64,000 bases of DNA, from NCBI GenBank assembly GCA_950097015.1, contig CATNEN010000028.1, positions 434,001 to 498,000 on the forward strand, given 5' to 3'. Positions within the stretch are counted from its first letter, which is position 1. Every line of letters starts with the position of its first letter. This document shows positions 1 to 12,782 of this stretch, piece by piece. Both the position numbers and the translations under genes were made by a program. The notes below the pieces were generated by a model. The model was not told where the DNA came from, ran no database searches, and saw only the letters and a list, made by a program, of their open reading frames with translations. The DNA comes from Macrostomum hystrix. Lineage: Eukaryota > Animalia > Platyhelminthes.

Positions 1-180
1 GGGTAGCATGTGACAGTTCAGGGTAGCATGTGACAGTTCAGGGTAGCATGTGACAGTTCAGGGTAGCATGTGACAGTTCAGGGTAGCATGTGACAGTTCA
101 GGGTAGCATGTGACAGTTCAGGGTAGCATGTGACAGTTCAGGGTAGCATGTGACAGTTCAGGGTAGCATGTGACAGTTCA
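1..180. repeat. 20-bp tandem minisatellite (gggtagcatgtgacagttca) x9, inside NEK intron, truncated by window edge
   Basis: Perfect 20-bp periodicity visible in lines 1-180. Confidence 0.97.
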
Positions 181-277
181 GAGGAGATAAGATGAGAATG
201 GGCTAGCTAGTAGTTTAGGATTTAGAAATTAGGAGTGTGAGATGTGTTGACGGATCGGAAGCTGCAGAAAAGCTCAC

Positions 278-660
278 CTGTGAATGACGTGCTTATCGTG
301 AACATACTTGAGAGCTAGGCACAACTGGGCGAACCAATCAATCACTTGATCCTCAGGAAATGGCGACCTCTGCGAACTAATTCGCGAACTCAAATCGCCG
401 CCGTCGCAGTATTCCATAACAATGTGCAAGGTGCCGGGCTCTTCAAACGAATCCAAATAGTGCACAATGCCCGGATGATCGAACTGTTTGAGCAGTTCAA
501 CTTCCTGCTTGGCTGACTCTCGCTCCCGGTGAGACCTCATTCGGCTGAGCATCACCTCTTTGATGACGCAACGCTGGTTATTGGACTTTTTGCGCACAAG
601 AATGGCTTTGCCGTAGGCGCCTTCGCCAATGCGGCGCAGGACTTCATAGCCGCTTGACAT
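278..660 (-). CDS. NIMA-related kinase (NEK1/3/5-like), first coding exon; gene continues off the left edge
   Basis: GEGAYG Gly loop, VIKE Lys, HPGIVHYLDSFEE, IVMEYCDGGDL, WFAQLCLALKYVHDKHVIHR; exon ends CAC AG|gtgag (phase 2, inside HRD); upstream acceptor ttttcag near 718. Confidence 0.93.
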
Positions 661-1987
661 GCCTGGAGGTTGAGAACTGTTGAGACAATGGCTGACAGTT
701 CGTGTGCTGTGATCACCTGAAAATGAACATTGTTTTTTTCACAACATTCAAAAGCTATAATTAGAAAACATAAATAACTTTTGTGAGCCTACTTTTGGCT
801 TCATCAGAAAGAAGAAAATATAAAAATAAACTTTTATGTATTTTAAAGCAAGCATTTTATATTTAAAAAATACAAAAAATAGTTATGTAATTGTGCAACA
901 CACAAAATAGATTTCTGTAATAACTGATTATATATAAACTTATATATAATTATATATAATTATATTTGTGATCACACAATTCACATAATTATCACATAAT
1001 TATAATTATATATAAAGTTATATATAAATATATATATATGATTATATATAAATACAAAAAATAGGAATAAGCAAATGTTTTTTATTTTTTCCCAAACAGC
1101 ACAAAAACTAGCTAAGCTAAGTAATAACTTACAGTCTATCATATCACATAATTTGAGTCATGTATCACACACCACAGCTATTTTCACATATAAATACAAT
1201 ATTTCCAATTTTACCATAGGTACATTAGATACATTTTCAAAGCTTATTAAAAATGTTGATCATATGCAAAGGCAGACATAATTTTAGATTGCCACCCCAG
1301 TCGATAGAAAGGGCTATGTTTTAATCATAAGTACTATCGTATTTTAATTGTATATGTATGGCATGGTCACCACGAAAATCTCTTTTACATAACACTTAAT
1401 ATACAAGAGAGCAGTAATCTTTCTAGCGGTCTAAAAGGGACATGAAATATTAAGTGCTAAGACCGAATGTGCTGAGCTAAATATGAAAATAAACATAAAT
1501 TATGTAAGCTTAAAAACGAATTGGCCTATGCCCTATATACAACTAAGTATTGTTATATATAGTACAGATTTACAGACTTGACAGTATAAGTCATCATATC
1601 TATGAATTAGCTGGAACTAATAACAGCAGATAAGAAGCATAAAAATCTAGCAAATATACAAAAATAAAATAAATTAGTACTTAGTTAGCTAGTATTGAAT
1701 TTTCCTCTAGTTAGGTGGATAATGGATAACATCTTAACTATCATAATCGGCGCCAAACTTTATCATTGAAATAGCTCATCTCAAAATTACGCGTAGGGCG
1801 TTAGTGAATGACTCTATAAATTGTGATTACTTTTATTCCGACACTAAAGAATCAAATTAAAAATTAAAAAATCGCCCTTAAAGATCCCTTTTACTTGAAA
1901 ATATTTCTGCTTTTTAACTGCAGATCTCAAGTATTTGTTGTTGTGCGATAGGGCCGGAAAGTTAAACGCGTAGAACTTTTGCGCTCA

Positions 1988-2500
1988 GGTCCAACACAAG
2001 GACCACTAGTAACTAGAAGGACGGGCACTTCGTTTCCTATAACTTTTAAAAAGATTGCTTTCAGGTAAAAATGCACTAATGAAAACTTTTCAAAATTTTA
2101 CTCTAAAATGGTGAGACTTTTTTACTGGAACCAGATTCAAGGTCAAAAGCTGACTGACCTGACCAGTAGGCAAAATATTTATATGGGATGCATCGCCATG
2201 GCCGATTGTCTCTATCAAGTCGCCGGAATTCTCAACGGATACCAAAGTCCTGTCCTGGCTGACTCGAGAGGTAACTTCTACCTCTACCTCTACAAACCTG
2301 AGCGAGCTGGGTAAAGTAGGTAGAGGTAAAGTGCTGGTAAAGTGTGCTGGTAACGGAATTCTAACATAAATTATATGTTAAATATAATCTGGCTTTTAGT
2401 TCTAGAAATCTAGAATCTAGAAATCTAGATCTGGAAATCTAGTTCTAGAAAACGAAGTGTCCCGTCATTCTAGTATAAGTGGTCATTGTGTTGGGCTCCC
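1988..2500. mobile_element. Putative MITE-like element with ~50-bp imperfect inverted repeats
   Basis: 1990-2040 ccaacacaaggaccactagtaactagaaggacgggcacttcgtttccta matches the reverse complement of 2445-2497; internal TCTAGA cluster; no TSD identified. Confidence 0.45.
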
Positions 2501-2908
2501 ATACGCTCTAGGCTTTGAATAGTTCAATTAGTACAGTTTTAAAGAGTAATTTGAGGGCCATATTTTTTAATCTGACTAAATGTGGAGAAAATTTGTTAAA
2601 TCAAATGAGGAGATAATTACATCCCCAATTTCTGCTTGCGCTCCTCGAAGAACGCTAATATAGCTAGTCTAGTGACTAAGCGTCAAACATTTCGATTTAT
2701 AATACCCACATCGCGTGCACAGATACTTAGTCAATATCAGCCAGTTGCTAGCCTGCCTGTACCTGCTGCTTTTGCATGGTGGTCGACCATCCATCGTAGC
2801 GCCCTCCACCAAAACCATCATAGCGCCCTCCACCAAAACCACCAAAGCCTCTTCCAAAACCATCCCACCAAAAAACCTGGCAAGTCTCTCTGCGTGCTTC
2901 ACAACCTA

Positions 2909-3224
2909 GGGAGGTATAGTAGCCTTGTGGTTAGGGCATCGGACTCACGACTTGAAGGTCGGGGGTTCGATTCCCGAATCCACTGGAACAATTTGTGTCC
3001 TTTAGCAAGACACTTAACTCTGCATTGTTTCAGTTCACCCAGCTGTTAAATGGGTACCAGCATCAGCTGGGGTAATTGAGGGTGGGTGTGGCGTCCCCCC
3101 AGTCCTTGGACTGAACAGCTGTACGCAGCCTTCAGACGCGCCGCGCAGCAGCTGCGGCTGTGCTTTCGGCTGCACATCTGGCCCGATTGGGGCAGGTGCA
3201 ATCAAATATTATTATTATTTTATT
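2909..3224 (+). mobile_element. tRNA-derived SINE family 1 with CORE-like central domain
   Basis: Box A-like tagccttgtgg and box B ggttcgattcc; tgtgtcctttagcaagacacttaactc...cagctgttaaatggg resembles the MIR/CORE motif; (TAT)n tail; related copies elsewhere in the window. Confidence 0.75.
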
Positions 3225-3950
3225 CACAATCCTACTCAAAGTAATTCTGAAAATTTATTAGCTTTTCAACCAATCCCTCATGCCAGACAGAAGCCTATTT
3301 TATTATAATTGTTAATATTTAATTGCCGACAAACAATTTAAGAGAGTTTAGCTATGCACTGATGCGTAGTAAACATCCATTTAGTTTCTTAGGGAAGAGG
3401 CACAATTATTTACTCACAATGCAATGTCAAATTAATACTAAAGAAAAGTAACAAAGACGCTCACAATTTTGTCAACAAAGCTGCAATTTTTAGTTTCCAC
3501 AGTATAACCTGGCTCAGTTAGAGAAACCTTTAAATTCGTCAAGCCCTAATGGTTGTTATAGAATTTCAGCTCTGTTGTCTGCGGGGTGCGGGGTCAGGGC
3601 AACAATGGCTAGCAGGGTTTGCTCGCATCTCAAGTTCTGCTTGAGCAGTGTCTAACCATCAAGGTAGAATTGACCCCTCGCAGCGCTGAGTAAAATGTAC
3701 AATAGATTCAGGCAGACAAACACACACACAGTGAAAGAGAGAGAGGGACAGGAAAAATAGATTTGTGCGTGGCGATACCAACACGTGCTAAGTGGTGCAC
3801 ACACATGCAATAATGCTTGTTGGGGCCCGTGAGAATGGAGTGTGAAGCCGTCTCGGAGTCTATATATTTACCAAAAAACGGAAACCCACAGAAAAATGCA
3901 AGTCTGTTCACGCAGTAGAATAGTCAAATATTAATTTTATAATTTGCATC

Positions 3951-6900
3951 ATGAAATCTGGAGGCAACAAGGTCGCCAATGGCACGGACGCCACAACTGG
4001 CGGCTTCTCGCTTATCGACCAGCTGGTGGAGAAGAATCGGGACCTATTTGGCAAACCCGACGGCGACCGTCTGGCCGGCGACGTCCAAGCTCGTCTGGCC
4101 TATCCGTGGTGCGTCGATCTGCCAGTCGGCGTGTCCAAGCACCTGCCGGTGCTGGCTAGCCTATGGCGCTGCGTCAAGCGCTGGTCATGGCGTTTCATGC
4201 TAGTCTACCTGATGTACGCGGCCGCGTCAGCCACCGTCGGCTTCTACTTTGAGACTCAGCTGGAGAACTGGCACAAGAGCGACAGCTATACGGATTTGAG
4301 TCTGAGCTGGAGTTTCGTATTGCGCAAGATTGCAGTGTGGTCTGGGGCGCCCAAGATGGACTCGGTTCAGGAGCTGGCTGCTGGCGAGTGCCTGCTGAGC
4401 AATCCGATCTATCGCAAGCCGCTGATGTGCTGCAATTGCAAGTTCAATGTCACCCTGTCCAAGGTGACGGATGTGCAGAAGGTAGGGCCGGATACCATGT
4501 AGAACAACTGCTTTACATCCAGGAAGCATTTTATCATATAGCTTATGCATAAGCATCTACATATTACTGTTGAATGCATCAAAACTATTCTCAAATCCGT
4601 ACTTACTAGTTTAAGTAGTGCTGTGAATGTTTTTGGAAAAAATGTAGGCACTAAAAATTAAAAAATTTCATGAAGTTTAGAGTTAAAAATCCAAACATTT
4701 TCAAATCTACAAGTCTAAATATTGCTTTGGAGATCGAAGCATAGGTATGTGGGATTAAAGCGCAGGTATGTGGAAATAAAGTGCTGGTATGTGGGATTAA
4801 TGTACAGGTATGTGGGATTAAATAACAGGTATATGGGATTAAAGAACAGGTATGTGGGAATGAAGTACAGCTATGTAGGATTAAAGCGAAGGTATGGGAA
4901 TAAAGTAAAGGTATGTGGGATTAAAGTGCAGGTATGGGAATAAAGTACAGGCATGTGGGATTAAAGTGCAGGTATGGGAATTAAGTACAGGTATGTGGGA
5001 TTAAAGTGCAGGTATGGGAATAAAGTACAGGCATGTGAGATTAATGTACAGGTATGTGGGATTAAAGTGCAGGTATGGGAATAAAGTACAGGCATGTGAG
5101 ATTAATGTACAGGTATGTGGGATTAAAGAACAGGTAATGTGGGATTAAAGTACAGGCATGGAAGAATAAATCACAGGCATGGGAGATCTATCCACAGGTA
5201 TGGGAGATGGATTTACAGTAAGTAAAGCCGGCAGTCGTATGACGAAATTTAGTTAAGCAGAAAAACGCCAATGACGCACCACCAAAAAGTAATCACAACA
5301 GAAAATTTATGAAAATTACGGATAGATCCCATCATTTTTTGGGCAGGTAAGACTTACCCCAGCTAGCGGGAGATGAAGGATAATCTACGACAGGTGGGCA
5401 GCAACATTGACGCAAATTTTTTGTCTCCTCAGTTTATTCCATCGACGCCAATTCAATCGTGAGGATCTCAAAGTAGGGAAGAGTCGGAAGCTGCTATTTG
5501 CACCCTAGAGGCCCCTTTCTGTCTGGCTGAGGGATATTTTAAGAACAAAGTTCTGCACGGACGCCAGCCTTTTCAGTGATTTGAATAAAGCTTTCATTCT
5601 TTCCAGTTCCGCTTTTTTAGTAAAATTGTTGGCCTGGAAATTCAAAAGAATGAAACATAAACTTGGTTTCTGTGGTTTGAGCCAGCTATTTAGCTTTCAA
5701 CAAACTATTTTCATTTAGCATCACGAAACTTCAATGCACCCTCCATAACTCATAAAGGACAGCAACACTTTTTCCAAAGGTTTGCGCAGTTCCCAGTTTC
5801 CCAACTCAAATTTCAGTTATTCACCTCAGATTCCCACTCTCCACCTCTGATCCCCACTCTCCACCTCAGATCCCCAATGTCCACCTCAGATCCCCACTCT
5901 CCACCTCAGATCCCCACTCTCCACCTTAGATCCCCACTCTCCACCTCAGATCCCCACTCTCCACCTCAGATCCCCACTCTCCACCTCAGATCCCCACTCT
6001 CCACCTCAGATCCCCACTTTCCACCTCAGATCCTCACTCTCCACCTCAGATCCTCACTCTCCACCTCAGATCCCCACTCTCCACCTCAGATCCCCACTTT
6101 CCACCTCAGATCCTCACTCTCCACCTCAGATCCCCACTCTCCACCTCAGATCCCCACTTTCCACCTCAGATCCTCACTCTCCACCTCAGATCCCCACTTT
6201 CCACCTCAGATCCTCACTCTCCACCTCAGATCCCCACTCTCCACCTCAGATCCCCACTTTCCACCTCAGATCCTCACTCTCCACCTCAGATCCCGACTTT
6301 CCACCTCAGATCCTCACTATCCACCTCAGATCCTAAATTTCCATCTCATGTCCCCACTCTCCACCTCAGATCCCCATTCTCCACTTCAGATCCCCTCATT
6401 AACATCTGATTTCTAGATGCCTTGACAAGCACAACTGAGAAATCCCAACTTGCAACAATTGCCCCAAACCGAACCTGGCAGGTGATGGAAAACTTTGACA
6501 AGCTGGTGAGCACTGGCCGGCCTCGCTCCTTCCTCATCATCAACCACATTCAGCAGCCAGTCAGCTACGAGGCCGTCAGAGAGATTGCTCTGACCAATGA
6601 AGCCGACCTGAGCATAGGCTACAACCGCTTCATCACCCTGTCCGGCCCCCGAGTGTCCGGCATGAAGAGCCTCTTCGCTGACGCAACCGCTCCGCCGTCC
6701 AAGTCCGCTGTCGTCTGGCAGTTCGGCCACGTCGAAGCTTTGCACCATTTCCGCAGCGTTGTCGAAAGGCCGCATTTTGTGTCGCGCGAGTTGGAGATTA
6801 ACCTGCCCAGACAGTTCCTGTTCTTTGGCGTGGAGCACACCGATAGAGTACACCTCGGCTCCCTGGCTGAGCTAGACGGCCAGGTGTATGTTGTCGGCCT

Positions 6901-7129
6901 AGCCGGCGAGATCGTCTTCACGGTCAAATCGAATCCGAATTGTTGCAAGAAGCCGGACAACAGGGTCACCAAGTTCGCCACACTCCGGCCCGGCCGACTG
7001 TTGTCGCTGCCGTCCAACTGTTACGAAGTTCTGGCCAGAAGAAACGGCACGGAGTACGCGATGGCCTACCTGGGCTCCGTGGCGATGTCGCAGCATCCGT
7101 CATCGGAGCGAGTTCGCAGCAGGAAGTGA
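3951..7129 (+). CDS. Two-exon gene (3951-4481, 6482-7129; ~392 aa), membrane-anchored Cys-containing protein, possibly C6orf89/BRAP-like with a cupin-like C-terminus
   Basis: Donor AAG|gtaggg at 4481 and acceptor ggcag|GTG at 6482, both phase 0; TM segment RFMLVYLMYAAASATVGFYF; ECLLSNP..CCNC and FTVKSNPNCCKK...ATLRPG motifs recalled as similar to C6orf89 homologs (not database-checked). Confidence 0.6.
4740..5200. repeat. Degenerate ~20-bp minisatellite (caggtatgtgggattaaagta), intronic
   Basis: Visible periodic unit. Confidence 0.9.
5824..6400. repeat. 20-bp minisatellite (ccacctcagatccccactct), intronic, ending just before the acceptor
   Basis: Exact 20-bp column periodicity. Confidence 0.95.
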
Positions 7130-7734
7130 AAATTGCTGCTGAATGGCTTGACTTTTTAGATAGACATTTCATTACGAACTGCTGCGGCTCAGACAGCAGT
7201 AAAATGGGTACAGAAATTTCATTAGCTAGGGTAGGAATAAAAAAATGATGCTGTCTCGCCCCAGTCCATGGACATCTGTCACAATAACACCAGAAGATCA
7301 TCTGTCTAATAAATAGCGGACAGATATTTTGACCATGGATTGTCGACTCGAAACGGTTCCAGTTTAATTCAAATGGCTTTTGCATTAAATCACGGATTAA
7401 TTAATTGACAAAATGGACCCTCTAACAATGCTAGAATTCACTATTTCAATAGCTTCTACTAACTAAATTAATTTATTTCTGTCTAATTGTGTATTGAATT
7501 TTTAATTCTAAATATAAACCCTGTCATATTGAAAGCTTTTGAAGCATTATGCTTTCCTGCTAGCTCGTGGCAATATAGCTACGTTCTCTAATAATTCACT
7601 TAAATTAGTGGCTCCGATTGACATTGATGCGTCTGGGTAAATTAACGATACATTCAATTTTATTAGATTGCAGATTTTAAAAAGCTGATTATCTTTGTTG
7701 TTTCTTAGAAGTAAAGAGTTTAACAAAATACGAG

Positions 7735-7736
7735 TG

Positions 7737-7795
<59 letters not shown>

Positions 7796-7840
7796 GTCTA
7801 TCTATCTATATATCTATCTATCTATCTATCTATCTATCTG

Positions 7841-7913
<73 letters not shown>

Positions 7914-7934
7914 ATATCTATCTATCTATCTATA

Positions 7935-7969
<35 letters not shown>

Positions 7970-7970
7970 A

Positions 7971-8001
<31 letters not shown>

Positions 8002-8016
8002 TTATCTATCTATCTG

Positions 8017-8051
<35 letters not shown>

Positions 8052-8220
8052 GTCTATCTATCTATCTATCTATCTGTCTATCTATCTGTCTATCTATCTA
8101 TCTATCTATCTATCTATTTATCTATCTATCTGTCTATCTATCTATCTATCTATCTATCTATTTATCTATCTATCTGTCTATCTATCTATCTATCTATCTA
8201 TCTATTTATCTATCTATCTG

Positions 8221-8254
<34 letters not shown>
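7735..8254. repeat. (TCTA)n microsatellite, ~520 bp
   Basis: Direct. Confidence 0.98.
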
Positions 8255-8744
8255 CTGTAAGCCCTCTATTTATAAAGATTGCAATTAGCACCTGCGGGTG
8301 AGACGGTGGGAGGATAACGGCAAACTGTTCTCGGTCGCTTAGAGATAAAAACAAGAGTTTTATCGCAGGATTTACTCTGTGAAATTCAGAGGTTCAACTG
8401 AAAAACAAGAGTGACTCTAGGGTGCAAGCTAAATTTGAAGATAATATCCCATATTAAAACAAAAAATATTATTTCGCTGAAACAAAAGCTGAGATATAAT
8501 CAGAGCCATCGAGGTGGAAAAATAGGTAATTTTTTTTGAGTCCCGAATCAACTGGAAACTAACTCGAATGCAACACATGCGTTCTAAACAATGCGATGCG
8601 TAAAATTGCCGATGAAAAGCAAAGAGACTATCGACATTTGCCAGGCACTAGAACTGTTTCTTCTCCGAACAGAACAATGCAGTTTGTTGTCAAAATAAAC
8701 GCATAATTTCCCTTTCACAAAGAGGTACAGAGGTGGTAATGAGG

Positions 8745-9335
8745 GGGTTGAGGAATGGGGAGGGGGTTGAGGAATGGGGAGGGGATTGAGGAATGGGGGA
8801 GGGGATTAAGGAATGGGAAGGGGATTGAGGAATGGGGGAGGGGATTGAGGAATGGGGGAGGGGATTGAGGATTGGGAGAGGGGATAGGGGATTGCGAGAG
8901 GTGATTTAGGAATCGAAGAGGGAATTTAGGAATAGAGGAGGGGATTGAGGAATGGGGAAGAGGATTGAGGGTTGGGGGAGGGGATTGAGGATTGGGGGAG
9001 GGGATTGAGGAATGGGGAGGGGATTGAGGAATGGGGAGGGGATTGAGGAATGGGGGAGGGGATTGAGGAATGGGGTAGGGGAATGAGAAATTGGGGAGGG
9101 GATTGAGGAATGGGGAAGGGGATTGAGGAATGGGGAAGGGGATTGAGGAATAGAGGAGGGGATTGAGGAATAGAGGAGGGGATTGAGGAATAGAGGAGGG
9201 AATTGAGGAATGGGGAGGGGATTGAGGAATGGGGAAGAGGATTGAGGGTTGGGGGAGGGGATTGAGGATTGGGGGAGGGGATTGAGGAATGGGGAGGGGA
9301 TTGAGGAATGGGAAAGGGATTGAGGATTGGGGTAG
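8745..9335. repeat. G-rich ~19-20-bp minisatellite (gggattgaggaatggggag), G4-prone
   Basis: Direct. Confidence 0.93.
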
Positions 9336-9844
9336 GGTATATTGAGCGCTAGCTCCTCGCCATCAAGGAGATGACTGAAGTATTTTTATGAGAAAAGCAC
9401 CTTAGACTGCAAACACCGAATTTTTTTGAATGTTTGGTTGCTTTCTCAATCTGGCGAATCTTCTCTTTAGAGCTAGAAAATTGCAGTAAATTTTCTTGCA
9501 AATTGTCGCCTGCAAGCTGCAATGAATAAATTGCTCCTCAATTGCTGCAGCAGAAGCAATTCATTTATCAGAACATAGATGGTCTCTGAGCATATATTCA
9601 GAGCTCCCGCACACACCTGGTCACACCGGCAAATTGGGCAACGCGCGGATGTGCAGTATTCTGCAAAATTGGCCCATGATTAAAGACGAAACAAAATTGA
9701 AATCCCCGACTAAAATAGGGGGCCGCAGCGAAAATCAACTTGTTTTCCATCTTTCGGCGAACTTTAGTAATAATAACATAGGCGGAGACAGGGCTTTCAT
9801 CGCGCGAACCTAATCGGAAAATAAATGAAAACAGAATTGGTTTT

Positions 9845-10335
9845 CAACTGGTTTGGAACTGGTTTAGAACAGATTCAGAACAGATTTAGAACAGATTAAA
9901 AACTGGTTTAGAACAGGTTTAAAACTTGTTTAGAACAGATTTAGAACTGGTTTAGAACAGATTTAGAACTGGTTTAGAACAGGTTTAGAACAGGTTTAGA
10001 ACAGATTTAGAACAGATTTAGAACAGGTTTAGAACAGATTTAGAACTGGTTTAGAACAGGTTTAAAACTAGTTTAGCACAGATTTAGAACTGGTTTAGAA
10101 CAGGTTTAGAACTGGTTTAGAACAGGTTTAAAACTAGTTTAGAACAGATTTAGAACTGGTTTAGAACAGGTTTAGAACAGGTTTAGAACAGGTTTAGAAC
10201 AGATTTAGAACAGGTTAAGAACAGATTTAGAACTGGTTTAGCACAGATTTAGAACAGGTTAAGAACAGATTTAGAACTGGTTTAGCACAGATTTAGAACT
10301 GGTTTAGAACAGATTTAGAACTGGTTCTGAACTGC
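9845..10335. repeat. 10-bp minisatellite (ttagaacagg/ttagaactgg/ttagaacaga)
   Basis: Direct. Confidence 0.93.
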
Positions 10336-10439
10336 CTTAACAAAATTAGAGTGTTTGAGAATCGTAGAATAGTCTTTTTTAGAAACCAAATCTAGCCCGA
10401 GCCATAGCTACCGAGCTGTAACAAGAGCCATAGATAGAA

Positions 10440-11495
10440 TCGTAGCAACAGCAAGAATCTTAGCAAAAGCCGAAGCAAGAATCTAAGCAGAAGTAAGAAT
10501 CGAAGCAGGAGCAAGAATCGAAGCAGGAGCAAGAATCGAAGCAGGAGCAAGAATCGAAGCAGGAATAAGAATCGAAGCAAGAGCAAGAATCGAAGCTGGA
10601 GTAAGAATCGAAGCTGGAGTAAGAATCGAAGAAGGAGCAAGAATCGAAGCAGGAATAAGAATCGAATCAGGAGCAAGAATCGAAGCAGGAGCAAGAATCG
10701 AAGCTGGAGTAAGAATCGAAGCGGGAGCAAGAATCGAAGCAGGAGTAAGAATCGAAGCGGGAGCAAGAATCGAAGCAGGAACAAGAATCGAAGCTGTAGT
10801 AAGAATCGAAGCAGGAACAAGAATCGAAGCTGTAGTAAGAATCGAATCAGGAGCAGGAATCGAATCAGGAGCAAGAATCGAAGCTGGAGTAAGAATCGAA
10901 GCGGGAGCAAGAATCGAAGCAGGAGCAAGAATCGAAGCTGGAGTAAGAATCGAAGCAGGAGCAAGAATCGAAGCAGGAGCAAGAATCGAAGCAGGAATAA
11001 GAATCAAAGCTGTAGTAAGAATCGAATCAGGAGCAGGAATCGAATCAGGAGCAAGAATCGAAGCTGGAGTAAGAATCGAAGCGGGAGCAAAAATCGAAGC
11101 AGGAGCAAGAATCGAAGCAGGAGCAGGAATCGAAGAAGGAGTAGGAATCGAAGCAGGAGCAAGAATCGAAGCAGGAATAAGAATCGAAGCTGTAGTAAGA
11201 ATCGAATCAGGAGCAGAAATCGAAGCAGGAGCAGGAATCAAAGCAAAGGCAGGAATCGAATCAGGAGCAAGAATCGAAGCTGTAGTAAGAATCGAATCAG
11301 GAGCAAGAATCGAAGCAGGAGCAGGAATCAAAGCAAAGGCAGGAATCGAATCAGGAGCAGGAATCGAAGCAGGAGCAGGAATCGAAGCAGGAGCAGGAAT
11401 CGAAGCAGGATCAAGAATCGAAGCAGGAGCAGGAATCGAAGCAGGAGCAAGAATCGAAGCACGAGCAGGAATCGAAGTAGGAGCAAGAATCGAAG
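10440..11495. repeat. 18-bp minisatellite (aagaatcgaagcaggagc), ~1 kb
   Basis: Direct; produces the repetitive ORFs in the track. Confidence 0.95.
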
Positions 11496-11827
11496 CAAAA
11501 GATATGATTGAATTAAAATGTGCAGCTCGAATCGCAGTATGAAGACGAATAATAAAACAAAAAAACAGGCCGGTGCTAAAATCACAGCCAGACCTGGCAG
11601 ATCCACTTGAATTCTACCTGCCCACAGAATCCTCATCTCTGTCCATGATGATTTGATCGGCCATCGAATCAGAGAATCTGACTGGGGGGGGGGCGAGCAG
11701 CCACTCTTGAGTTGCGAGTCGTCGATTGCCGGAATTTGTGTATAAATATTTGCCAGCAAGAGACGATCCAGAGGACCCCAGAAACTCCCTCGAAGTCAGT
11801 TGCCGCCTTCTAAGCGCTGGAATTAGA

Positions 11828-12277
11828 ATGTCATACCTGAGCCTGGTAACTTGCCTGGCAGTGCTGGCCGCGGGACTAATCCACGGTTATTCAGCCGCCT
11901 CCCTGCCCTCCCTCATGTCCGGCAGGGGCGCCAATTTTGGCGACATGACGCCAGACTTCGGGCCCGCTTCGCCGACGCCCAAGCCGGGCGTGCCGGTTGA
12001 TCGGCTTCGACCGACCGGGGCCTGCTCTGGCAGCCACAGGTACGGCCCGGATACGTACAACAGCTGCCTGATGTGCGCCTGGTACGAGTACATGTCGCAC
12101 AGCCAGACCGCCGAGGCGCTATTCGACCAGGACAAATTCGACGAGTGCTGCCAGCAGTCGTCTCGCAGCGGCTATTGGTGCTTCGAGTGGCCGAGCCATC
12201 TGGAGCTGCAAATGCGGCCGGAGGAGCCACGCGACTTTCAAATGCGACCGCCCCTGTCATCCATGGCCGATTCTTAA
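11828..12277 (+). CDS. Secreted small Cys-rich protein/neuropeptide-like precursor (149 aa, single exon)
   Basis: ATG at 11828, signal peptide MSYLSLVTCLAVLAAGLIHG, Pro-rich linker, six Cys C-x13-C-x2-C-x23-CC-x9-C; GC-rich coding-like composition. Confidence 0.7.
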   Translation: MSYLSLVTCLAVLAAGLIHGYSAASLPSLMSGRGANFGDMTPDFGPASPTPKPGVPVDRLRPTGACSGSHRYGPDTYNSCLMCAWYEYMSHSQTAEALFDQDKFDECCQQSSRSGYWCFEWPSHLELQMRPEEPRDFQMRPPLSSMADS

Positions 12278-12782
12278 ATCAGCCCCGAAGACAGACTGAC
12301 GAGCGAAGTTGCACCAACAGAAATCAATCTGATCGACTAAATCTGAACTATTTTCTTCCCCAAATATCCCACCCGTGTTAATTAATTGTAACTTGGCGCT
12401 TTGCTAAAACTCTATTGGTGTTATTTTTGCAGACAATTTTCAATGACAGCACAATACGAGTATAGCAGCAAGAAGCGCGGAAAACGTAAAGCGTTATAGA
12501 CTTTACTGACCGAGAACTCTTGAATGGATTCGGTACGGCAATAAAATGCGCATCATTATTAAAACTCTGCTTGCCTAGAGTGCAAATCTTTTTCGAGTTT
12601 TTTCGTTGCAAAATTTTCATTTAGCTCGTACATGTCTTTAGTAAAATCACACATACATGAAGTTACATAAACTAACTACCAGACTAACTACTAGCGAAAT
12701 GACAATTGATTGACTCAACCGGGTCTAAATTGGGTCTTTGAGTGCAGGAGCAGGACCAACCTTGACACGTCGGAAAGCAAAG

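Noticed and set aside
925-1060. AT-rich quasi-palindromic stretch
   Set aside because: Low-complexity (TA)n-type sequence
2909-2990. Functional tRNA gene
   Set aside because: No proper acceptor stem or terminator; it continues into a SINE body with dispersed copies
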